Below are positions 14,166 through 25,414 of a DNA stretch of 64,000 bases, piece by piece. The stretch lies in contig NC_092347.1 in NCBI RefSeq assembly GCF_963676685.1, positions 72,788,001 through 72,852,000 on the forward strand, in the 5' to 3' direction. The first letter of the stretch is position 1. The number at the start of each line of letters is the position of its first letter. Source of the stretch: Mytilus edulis. Taxonomy: Eukaryota. The notes below the pieces were generated by a model that was not told the DNA's origin, ran no database searches, and saw only the letters and a program-made list of their open reading frames with translations. A program made the position numbers and the translations under genes.

Positions 14166-15576
14166 GTAAGTTGACCTGCATTATTATAGTTTTGTATTAT
14201 TAGTTGCTGTCTTTGTACTAGTTTTCAGTAGCTGCTACAAATCTCATCTCGGTACTTTGCGTTTTGAGTCATTTTGTTAGTTTATTTTTGTGTGCTGTGT
14301 GTTGACCTTATTAGTCAAGCCTTACACAGCTATTGTTGACTAACTTGCTATCTGAAATGTGTTTTGTAAATAGATGAAGGCGGTTTATTAACCTAAATTT
14401 GATAACGTCTATGCTACATGGTCTGATCTGATATGGTATAATTGGCGAGCAGACTTCATATTTTTATATTTATGTACGTTATTATAGTATCAATTTACGG
14501 TTGTTTTTATAATAGCCCTGTTAAATTGATTAAGGATGCTTGTTTTCCCCACTATGGAAAATTGAAACCCCTACCCCTAATAGGCCTCAGATTTTCAAAT
14601 TGACTTACCTATTCAAAAACTAATTTTTAATGATGCTTTAATAAGTTTTTGGTACGAAGACAAAAAAGGATGGTTTTAATTTTTTTTTTCTTATCCATGG
14701 TACTACTTACCACTACCGTGGAACCCTGAACTCCCTCCTATCATAATTCAGATTTGAAAATGATGATATAATTTTTAAACTACTTTTACCATAATGTTAT
14801 GTTCTCATTTGTATCTTGGCGGTTAAGTTTTTCTTACCGGGAGTACAAGTTTTGATGGGGGGGGGGGGGGGGTTAATTTCCCGTTATTGGTGTTCAAAAT
14901 ATCATATGAAACGGGGTCAGTGGAGCATTGTTGATCACTCTAATGAATTGAAGTCAACGTTGACAATTTTTTCGTGTGCAATGCGGATTGTCCATATATT
15001 TAACCAATTATTCTGTTTATTTTGTTCACACATTGTTGTCAATATAGTGGAATTCTATGCGTGTGAAGCCAGGAATATGGTAGTTATTTTCTATTCGGCT
15101 GATATTTTCCAGCTTTTAATTTGGACATTCGATAAAGGACTTTCCTAAAAGGTTACCAATTCAACACTGTAATAAGATCATTTAATATTGTTTTTATTGG
15201 TATAACTATTGATTTTGTTATCAGTAAATTAAAAGCAAACTAGATATTACTAGTATGTGATATACATATACACATTCATGGATCTACAATCTGTCGATAC
15301 CTGTAACTTGGCATTGCACACGTTCATGTTTTTCTCTGGCTGTTTATGACGTCTTTACACTAAATCCATTGGATGTTGGATGTGTACGGATTGATAGTTT
15401 AGTCTTAGATGCATGATTTTCTTTATTAGTTATTAGTGGCTATGAGCTAGCTGTCAGATAACTGCAAGTACTTTCAGATCTGTTCCTAGTGTCTTTTTGT
15501 TGTCGGGATGTACAAGTACTCGGCCACGTCCACTTGTATTTTTGTCCATCTGACGGGTTAAGCCTTTTTCAACTGA

Positions 15577-17861
15577 TTTTTATACGACCGCAAAAATTAA
15601 AATTATTTTGGTCGTATATTGGTATCACTATGGCGTCGTCGTCGTGGGCATCCGAAGACTTGTGGTTTTCGCACTATAACTTTAGTATAAGTAAATAGAA
15701 ATCCCTATGGAATTTAAACACAAGGTTTATGACCATAAAAGGAAGGTTGGAATTGATTTTGGAAGTTTTTGTCCCAACATATTAGGAATAAGGGGCCAAA
15801 AAGTGCCCAAATAAGCATTTTCTTGGTTTTCGCACTATCACTTTAGTTTGAGTAAATAGAAATCTATGAAATTTTGACACAAGGTTGATGACCACAAAAG
15901 GAAGGTTGGGATTGATTTTGGAAGTTTTGGTCCCAACAGTTTAGGAATAAGGGGCCAAAAAGGGCCAAAATAAGCATTTTCTTGGTTTTCGCACTATAAC
16001 TTTAGTTTAGGTAAATAGAAATCTATGAAATTTTGACACAAGGTTGATGACCACAAAAGGAAGGTTGGGAATGATTTTGGGAGTTTTGGTCTCAACAGTT
16101 TAGGAATTAAGGGCCAAAAAAGGGCCCAAATAAGCATTATTCTTGGTTTTGGCACAATAACTTTAGTATAAGTAAATAGAGATCAATGAAATTTAAAAAC
16201 AATGTTTATGACCATAAAAAAAAGGTTGGGATTTATTTTGGGAGTTACCGACCGTGCAAGGGCTGTATAGCCAGTCAAGGTCGTTAAAAACTTCTATTTA
16301 TTGTTTTGGTAGTTTTGGTCCCAACAGTTTAGGAATAAGGGGCCCAAAGGGTCCAAAATTAAACTTTATTTGATTTCTTCAAAAATTGAATAATTGAGGT
16401 TCTTTGATATGCCGAATCTTACTGTGTATGTAGATTCTTTATTTTTTGTCCCGTTTTCAAATTGGTCTACATTAAGATCCAAAGGGTCCAAAATTAAACT
16501 AAGTTTGAATTTAACAAAAATTGAATTCTTGGGGTTCTTTGATATGCTGAATCTAAACATGTACTTAGATTTTTGATTATTGGCCCAGTTATCAAGTATG
16601 TCCAAATCGGGGTCCAAAATGAAACTTTGTTTGATTTCAACAAAAATTGAATTCTTTATGTTCTTTGATATGCTGAATCTAAACATGTACTTAGATTTTT
16701 TATTATGGGCCCAGTTTTCAAGTTGGTCCAAATCGTGGTCAAAAATTAGACTTTGTTTGATTTCAACAAAATTGAATCCTTGGGTTTCTTTGATATGCCG
16801 AATCTAAACATGTACTTAGTATTTTTATTACGGGCTAAGTTTTCAAGTTGGTCCAAATCGTAGTCCAAAATTAAACTTTGCTTGATATTAACAAAAATTG
16901 AATCCTTTGGGTTCTTTGATATGCTGAATTTAAACATGTATTTAGATCAAATTGGGGTCCAAAATTCAACTTTGTTTGATTTCGATTTTGTATATATGGG
17001 GGTTCTTTGATATATGCTCAATCTAACCATGTATTTAGATTGTTGATGTTTGGACCCGGTTATCATATTGGTCCACATTGAGGTTTAAAGGGTCAAAAAT
17101 TGAACTTTATTTGATTTCATCAAAAATTGAATTCTTGGGGCTCTTTGATATTCTGAATCTAACCATGTGTTTAGATTTGGGATATTGGACCATGATATAG
17201 GTAATGTCCAATTTAAAATTAAATAAAGGCAACAGTAGTACATGTATACCGCTGTTCAAAACTCATAAATCCATGGGCAAAAAACAAAATCGGGGTGACA
17301 AACTAAAACCGATGGAAACGCATTAAATATAAGAGGAGAACAACGACACAACACTAAAATGTAACACACACAGAAACGGACCAAGCATCAGACAAAATCC
17401 CACGAGAATAACAAATATAACATCAAAACCAAATACATGAATTTGGAATAGACAAGTACCGTGACACGTCTTATCGCAATGTGAATTTACACTCAAAAAT
17501 AAAAGATAACAAACGACGCAACGTCAAAATGTAACACACACAAAAACGAACTATAATATAACAATGGCCATATTCCTGACTTGGTACAGGACATTTTTAA
17601 AGAAAAAAATGGTGGGTTGAACCTGGTTTTGTGGCATGCTAAACCTTCCTCTTTTATGGCCATGTGAAATATAACATCAAAATGACAACACAACACCACA
17701 GGACTACAATATAAAGTTTTTAAGTTTAAGTTCTTAGACCACATTCATTATGTGTCAGAAACCTGTGTTGTATCAAGTTTGAATGCTGTGTCCATACTTG
17801 CCCCAATGTTCAGGGTTCAACTATGCGGTCGTATAAAGCTGCGCCCTGCAGATCATCTGGT
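15577..17861 (+). mobile_element. HINE/DINE-1-like non-autonomous Helentron-type element with internal tandem arrays (~160-bp then ~120-bp units), nested in an older repeat and carrying an insert at ~17220-17710
   Basis: Starts TTTTTATACGACCGCAAAA...GGTCGTATA (subterminal inverted repeat), then a (GTC)n microsatellite, tandem units at 15660-16330 and 16350-17200, and a 3' GC-rich hairpin ending ATCTGGT. The flanks rejoin as AACTGATTTT/ATAGTTCGTT. Confidence 0.7.
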
Positions 17862-18891
17862 AATAGTTCGTTCTGATTCTGTACTGTTATACTACTGTCC
17901 TAGGTAAGGGGGAGGGTTGGGATCCCGCTAACATGTTTAACCCCGCCACATTATTTAAGTATAGGAGCCTGTAATTCAGTGGTTGTCGTTTGTTTTTGTG
18001 TTACATATTTGTTTTTCGTTTGAATTGTTTTACATTGTCTTATCGGGGCCTTTTGCAGCTGAATATGCGGTATGGGTTTGCTCATTGTCGGAGTCCGTAC
18101 GGTGACCTATAGTTGTTAATGTCTGTGTAATTTTGGTCTCTTGTGGACAGTTGTCTCATTGGCAATCATACCACATCTTTTTTTTATATTTTCGTTTTGA
18201 ATTTCCTTTGAGTTCGATATTTTTGCTATTTTACTTTTTGAATGAGACCAAGGTGAGTCATTGATAAAGACATGCCACTACAATACAAAGATATAAACAG
18301 TATAGGGGTCTTTCTATATCCCCTCTTCTTGGATCAATAACCCCTAAACTCACTCCCAGCCTTCTCTTTGTAGTATGCAACCTTGTATTCAATTTTGTGA
18401 GATCCATACAATTAAACACAAGGTGCTGTCAGGAAACTAAAAAAAATGCTTGTTTTTGGTCCTTTTTGTCCATTTTTACTGAATGATTGGGACCATATTC
18501 AATTTTAGCCTTCTCTTTGCAATATGGAACATTGTGGGACAATTTCAGAGGGTCCATACACTAACGCAGACACAAACGACGCAGACGATAACATCATAAC
18601 GTTATACGAACCCAAAAATAGTCGGTCGTATAAAAACAACAGACAATAAAGGTACCGAAATCTGACAAATAACTTTCATAATTTGATAAACAGTAAGAAG
18701 TTCCTCCGGCTCCACTAATGACACGTGTTCTGCTAAAAATTGCAGTAAAACTACAGATATAAGTTCCCTTCGGTTATGTTTCAATCAATGCAAGGATGAT
18801 TAGTAGTGGCTACGTCATTATGGTACGTGTTTGCGGTTATCAGTGACATATCTATTCAATAAAGGTCAACCAAAATCAATCTGGTGTCTTT

Positions 18892-19551
18892 AACTAGGGG
18901 CTCCCAAGAGCCTGCGTCGATCATCTGACCCTACTTTGGTTTGGTACTTTGGTTTTTGAAACCATGTTAAAAAAGATAAAAATCATAATAGATACCTGAA
19001 TAATAATTGAGGCAAAATCAGGTTAAATATTTGCCCCGTAATTTAAAATGTAAAACAAATCCTGGTATCAATCGTAAGGGACATTTATGCCATGTTTCAT
19101 TTCATTCCATTCAATGGCTCCCTTAAAGAAGATATTTGTATGTATTTCCAATAGTATCCTATGTTAAGATGAGTCTCCCACTGGCGGCCATGTTAGATGA
19201 TGGCTCAGCTTCAAAGTAACAACACTTGGTCAGCACCTGAAAAGTAACATTCATGCCATGATTGGTTTCCTTCCATGCAGTGGTTCTCTAAAAAAAAAGA
19301 CATTTGTATGTATTTCCCATAGGGTCCTGTGTTAAATTAAGTCCCCCGCTGGCGGCCATCTTGGATGAGGGATCGGCTCAAGTAAAAACACTTGGTCAGC
19401 AGATCATAAGATACATTGGTGCCATGTTTGGTTCCATTTCATTCAATGATTCTCTAGAAGAAGTTCAAAATGTAAAAAGTTAACGACGACGACAACGACG
19501 ACGAACACAAACGAGGGACAACAGACGCCAAGTGATGAAAATAGCTCACTT
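18892..19551 (-). mobile_element. Second HINE-like element in reverse orientation
   Basis: AACTAGGGGCTCCCAAGAGCC terminal hairpin, internal ~180-bp tandem units, (GAC)n microsatellite and ...AATAGCTCAC end. Confidence 0.6.
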
Positions 19552-20892
19552 GCATATATCGGTCAGATTTTCTTTATTAAATTGGCTACGTAGAAATGAA
19601 ATGCTTAAATGTTGGAAATTGTAATTATTTATCTTGTTCAAATTCAATCCAAAACCACAAGTCAATTTAATGCAGATATTTGAAAGTTTGTGTAAAGATT
19701 CTATTTCTTCACTGGTAGACATGCTTATTGAAATGCAATATAATGTATTCTAGATTTAGTCAACCTATACAAAATCCATAACAGAGATGCGTAACATCAT
19801 TTTTTTCTTTTAATTTATATAATTCATAGTGGAAAAAAGTAGCCATGTAAAAATGCCCGAAAATCTTTTCGATATAATGCAAAAGAAAATATATGGATCA
19901 ACGTAAAACAAAGTTTAATTATAGTAAACAATTATAAACACTTTATTTATTTCATGTGTCCGAAGTAAATGTTTCTACTTTAAAGCGTACACAAATGTCA
20001 AGAAAAAAATTCATCAGTTTTTTAAACTGTTTATTGCATTATGTATGAGACTGTCTCCTTATTGATAAAAGCAAAACTGATCCATTACAGACTAACTGAT
20101 CATAAATGCAGGCTATTACGGACTTTCAGTCACCACCAATTTAAATTCATTCTTGGGAAAATAAAACTTGGTTTATTTGACCAAGTTGTCAAGTTAACAA
20201 TTAATACATTCAATGGCCAGGATGTGCAACAATTGATATTTAATTTTGAGTGTAAAATGCAGAATTAAATATTGTATTTTATATCCCATAAATGAATTTG
20301 AAGAGGGGTAACAATAAAACTTTTTTTTTCATTTTTATACGACCGCAAAATTTGAAACTATAAATATCTAGGACATCTTTTTTTTGCTTCCAAAATTTTT
20401 TCTTCATCTCGATATGATTTGTATCAAAGGGGTTAAAATATAGCTTTGTTCAAGTTTAAAAGTACTTTTGGTGAAAACTTCCCTAAAATTCATAGTTGTT
20501 TACATATCTTTGACCACACAATAATGCCGATTTTAACATATGGCTAAAAATATTGGGAAATTGTGCTTTGAATTTTGAATTTGCTCTTGCTTTGAAATAA
20601 GAGAAAATTTGCATTTCAGAAACTAAATATACATGTAGTAGTGATGTATTTTTTTTTATAAGAGAGGCTTATATATTCTATTTTAGTTATTTTTGTTAAA
20701 ATTTACTTTTTTACTTTGTTGGTCTTTTAGAAAATGTTGTTTGTGCTGTATTAAGAACTATCTACCAAGAAAATTGTTTTACAGGTACACGTATACAAAT
20801 TGCGGTTTTTATCCAACGCAATCATAGGTCTGAATGCTGTTTTCAATTCAGACTTGTTTATAGCATAAACTATAAAGTAATTATGTTTATAC

Positions 20893-20897
<5 letters not shown>

Positions 20898-20924
<27 letters not shown>
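20898..20924. repeat. (TA)n microsatellite
   Basis: Direct observation. Confidence 0.9.
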
Positions 20925-20928
<4 letters not shown>

Positions 20929-21188
20929 TGAAACGGGCCCTTTTATTATTTTCAATAACTATTATTATTCTTCTTATTCCGATATTAGTATATTAGAAAT
21001 GAGTCTGTTAGTTTAATTCAAACGCGGATATTTCATCATATTGTACATTGTATTATACTGCATATATGGCAATATGCCAATCAATCCCGAATTAAAGTAA
21101 TACACAAACCATCTCAATTATAAATGGAACTTAATTAATTAAACTTTCAAAATCTTTTGCATAAATTGCTCTCATTTTGTATTTGTAG

Positions 21189-22339
21189 TGTGGAATAACA
21201 AAGGTGGAGCTGGAAAAACTACCCTAACATTTCATCTTTCGACAGAATATGCGATACAAAATCCAAAAGTTAAGGTAGTAATTTTTGATTTGTGTCCACA
21301 AGCGAATATTTCTGCAGCTCTACTTTCGAATAAAGACGAGAAGGACGGAGGATTTAGAGGAGATGATATGGTAAGAGCGATACCAGACGGCAGAAAAGTA
21401 AGTTGTTCTGATATAGATGGAAAAGTCAAGACTTATGACCGAACTGTGAGTGGATATTTGATGGCACAGAACGATATAACAAAAATTAAACATTCCGAGT
21501 TTCTTGTACAACCTGCTCTAGAAGTCCACCCAAATAAATTTATCAGTGAAAATCTTTTTCTTCTTTGTGGAGATCAGTATTTGGAAGTTATTTCTAGAGG
21601 CTTAGATAGCGAGAGGATCCTTCTTAGACCGCAGAGTACAGATGGGCCATGGAAAAAGATTACTTCGTATATGAAAGTATTTAGAGATGAATTGGTTAAA
21701 AGCGATCCCACCAGTAACTACGTGTTTTTCATAGATACCAACCCGAGTTTTTCCTTTTACACGGAACTAGCTATTACGGCTGGAACACGTCTCATCGTTC
21801 CTATAATGTCGGATGATTTTTCCCTTTCTGCCGTGAAATCAATATTTTATTTGTTGTACGGAGTTGAGATTGATAATAAGAGAGATGTACGATATCGTAC
21901 TTGGAAAACCTTCGAATTTTGGGATCGAGCAAATACAGAAAAAATTAAAGTACCACAGATTAGCCTTGTTATAAACAATAAGATTATACCGTATGCTGGC
22001 AGGAGTGCAACAGCAGTTAGCGCCAAGCAACAGGAAATACAGAGGTATTTAGATAGGGTTCGTAGTGAGAGGCCAGAAATATTCGATGTACCGAAAGATA
22101 CCAATACTGCTGAACCTATGGATACCAGTGAATTGGAGTCCAACGTATCTATTTTAGAACTTAAAGACTTTCATTCGATAGCAGTCACATCGCTTCACTT
22201 AGGTTGTCCGTTGTCAAAGCTTCCGAGAAAGATTGAAATTGATGGTGTCAATATTCCAAAACCCACTCAGAATAGAGATGCATATTTGCCTGGTCTTCTT
22301 GCAATTGTAGAAAAGATTAAAAAACTGACAACCTGTTAG
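21189..22339 (+). CDS. ParA/MinD/Soj-family (AAA_31/CbiA-like) P-loop ATPase, second coding exon; full spliced protein about 394 aa
   Basis: Deviant Walker A WNNKGGAGKTT, Walker A' VIFDLCPQAN, Walker B YVFFIDTNPS, then RLIVPIMSDDFS. Preceded by the acceptor TTTTGTATTTGTAG| at 21188. The ORF is uninterrupted. Confidence 0.9.
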
Positions 22340-23214
22340 TGATTTCAACAGAGTCAGATGACATTTCATACCGTGCCTCAAATTGTATTTTGAAAATCTT
22401 TATAACTTGGTAACATATATCTATATTGATCATTGTGTTTTAGTTTGTGTTATATTTTGTTTGGGTAGCGTTCACAAGCAACTGTTGTTGGGAGTCTTTA
22501 AATTTCCTTTATAGCACTGTTGGTTATGGTCTTTTTATTTATTAATTCCACGAACATGGGGAATTTATTTTTATCAAGCTGTTCACGCGAATTGCATAAC
22601 AATTAGAAACATTCCGACTAAATGCAGTCCAGTCTAGTATGGTCGACCTGATTTTTCAGTCCGTGGGTGGACAGACCAGATTTTCGAAATATTTGATATT
22701 TAAAATATGGCGGGAAAAGGCTGACTCGGACTTTTATCTTATATTTGCATTGGTATTATTTGGGTCTCAAATCAAAAGAAAGAAAATCAACAATCTGCCA
22801 TAATTTTGGTAAATGACCTTCAAGAGCTATTAAATCTTGTATGAAGAAATAAATGGGTGTTATGGGGCAAAATATTTTACCTTGTATTGTATGGAAAAAC
22901 ACCAAAGAGTCCGAATATTTGACACAAATGTCAAAACCTAACTAACCTAACCTTAACTAAGGCCGTGTTTGATTACAAAGAATCCGGAACGGTGTTTGAA
23001 ACCAACACGTCATTTTACAAGATTTCCTCGGATATAAGAAACAGTGAATATTGTCCCGAAACATGATTTATAGAGTTAGAGATGGCCGGGTTTAACCGCT
23101 TCACTTTACTTACATCAGTACTTCTATAGACAGGTACCTTTAAAATACACACAAAGAAACAACAAGTGTCTGCGTTACAAATTTCCAAATATACTTAGCT
23201 TTAAAATGTAAAAC

Positions 23215-23369
23215 GTGAATATGACAAAAACAAGTCTGAATGAGTGTGAATATGACAAAAACATGTGTGAATGAAGGTGAATATGACAAAAACAAGTCTG
23301 AATGAGGTTGAATATGACAAAAACAAGTCTGCATGAATGAGGGTGTATATGACAAAAACATGTGTGAAT
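23215..23369. repeat. Minisatellite, about five copies of an ~31-bp unit (GAATATGACAAAAACAAGTCTGAATGAGTGT-like)
   Basis: Direct tandem repetition. Confidence 0.85.
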
Positions 23370-23588
23370 TAGTGGGAATAAACTAAGAGTGATATCGAGG
23401 GAAACACATATAAAAATATCATCACATTGAGAACCCACAAACAACAAGTAAGCAGAAGAAAAAAGATTGAAGTTTTTACAAATTAAATTTGTACAGGGTT
23501 TTTGTACATGTTATAAATTTTCGTCAAAGTTCGTGAATGTAAAATACGAATAGCACCACTCATAATTAATTACAATCCGTAATTAATC

Positions 23589-24044
23589 AGGTCCGAGAAC
23601 ACAATTATTTCGTAGTGCATTTCTTTTAGAACATAAATGAAAATAAAAAAAAATCCCGACTGCGCTTTCTCAAAGATACTTTTACAGTGTGTTGTACTAC
23701 TTTTGGGACAAATTATATCAAAATTATAGAAAACTTCATCGGCTCTAACTCAAAATATGGACAATTTTATGTTTAGGGCGTCTTGAAATCTTTTGACAGC
23801 TTCCGAAGTGCAAATTTTCAACCTTTTTCAGCCGGACCAAATCACTACTTTCCTTTAAAATTCTGGACCCAAATTTTTTAACAGTTTAATTTCACCCCCC
23901 TACTTGCAATTTGAGGCATTAAACATGGAGAAATAAATTTGGAAGGGGTATAAAAATTAATGGCAAGTAATCCACTGTCAACACTAGGGACTATATTTTT
24001 GTGAACAACGAAAATCAAGGGACGACAATTGTGGTCTCGGACCT
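23589..24044. mobile_element. MITE with 18-bp terminal inverted repeats
   Basis: AGGTCCGAGAACACAATT ... AATTGTGGTCTCGGACCT (one mismatch). The internal sequence is homologous, inverted, to ~8905-9160 and ~10430-10690. Confidence 0.8.
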
Positions 24045-24436
24045 AATATATTTGAAAACGAAAACACAAATATGAATTAGGAATAAAATCATCTTTATTT
24101 AAAGCAAATTCATATCGGAAATAAAATATACATTACAAAATCATATCAGTACTTATTCAATCGTGAATAAATACACACTAGGACATTTATACATACCTTT
24201 TTGCACCAGGTGATAAAACATTATCTTATTAAATGTTTCAGTTTCATGTCTTAAATTTAGATTTATACATTTCAACCTAAAAAAAATAGTGTTATTCTCC
24301 TTGACGTCAAACTGGAATAAAGGACACCCGAATAGTCTTAATTCTAAATTTATTTCCTGCTTATACCAAAATCATACCCATAACAGGTCTTTTTTGTATT
24401 CTTGCAATGTTTTTGTATCAATACACAGTATTATTA

Positions 24437-24546
24437 GTTACATAGTGTGCTAGTAACCTAATACGGTATATATGGGGTCAGTAAATTCCATATGTAATTT
24501 ACTGACCCCATATATACCGTATTAGGTCACTAGCACACTATGTAAC
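24437..24546. repeat. 110-bp near-perfect spacerless palindrome
   Basis: GTTACATAGTGTGCTAGTAACCTAATACGGTATATATGGGGTCAGTAAATTCCAT is followed directly by its reverse complement, with two mismatches. Confidence 0.92.
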
Positions 24547-24764
24547 GAATTTATCTTACCAACTATCTGAACGTGTGAAATTTAGACCTATCAAAATGAG
24601 CAAGTCTTCAATACCGTTAGCATAAAGAAACTACTTCCACTGATCCTACAAAATCAGATACCAACAAAAACAACTTGTTAGGTTTAAGGATGTTCGCTAC
24701 TCTGTTTGAAAATAACAAGCTTTTTAAAAGAATGTTATAAATTGAAAGTGTATAAATAAAGAAA

Positions 24765-25414
24765 CTAAAAAAGCAGAAAAAAATGGAGGGTCCGCGGTGT
24801 TTGTTTCCAATTTCCTTGTAGAGGGTGATATGGCTTTAAATGTTCAACCTTCACGTTGTCTTGTTCAATGATTTGAGGTGAATCGTCCGTATCCCCGCAT
24901 GGTTCATGCGCAAAATCATATATTTGCTCGTACACATTACTGTCATGCATGTCATCACTAATTTCGAAAATAAAATTGCTTTGATCGGATGTATGATTGG
25001 AACGACAACTTTCATGGACAGCAAATAAAGGGGCGACAGTGGTATTGCAGTTATTTTCTGAATACAAAGAACAGAGGTAATTATAGTGCTCGGAGATACG
25101 GATATTATCTGCTGAATCTAAATGACAGAGGTGATTAGTGTCGTCTGAACTTCCTGCTTCTTCCTTTGCATCAGTTATATTCTTCCTCTGAATGGGGTTT
25201 ATATTAGAATTGTCTACCATCTCCAACGCGTCGACTTCATCATATATACCGGTATATGACATGACTCGAATATGTCTATTATCTTCGTTGATAGCTTGAA
25301 CTTGTCTGGTATCCCTCTTTTTCCATATGTTAATGCAACCAAAAAGACCTAGCACCAATATCATACCACAAGCAATTACCAAATTGTATACAACTAAGAT
25401 CCGATCAACAAATT
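24765..25414 (-). CDS. Ig receptor terminal exon: TM segment and cytoplasmic tail
   Basis: Acceptor TTTCAG| at 25415. ILVVYNLVIACGMILVLGLFGCINIW-KKR is a TM with a basic stop-transfer. Tail motifs include IYDEV, YNYL, VYEQIYDF and YHPL. Confidence 0.8.

Noticed and set aside
15660-17200. CRISPR-like array or repeat-protein ORFs (16366-16937)
   Set aside because: These are head-to-tail satellite units without unique spacers inside a eukaryotic transposon; the ORFs are by-products of the repeat.
21188-21190. GTG start for the ParA ORF, suggesting a bacterial contaminant
   Set aside because: The G is the last base of a splice acceptor (TTTGTAG). There is no Shine-Dalgarno or operon context, and an in-phase upstream exon supplies the ATG.
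23140-23447. Cys/His-rich repeat ORFs (TCFCHI...)
   Set aside because: They are translations of a 31-bp minisatellite whose unit length is not a multiple of three.
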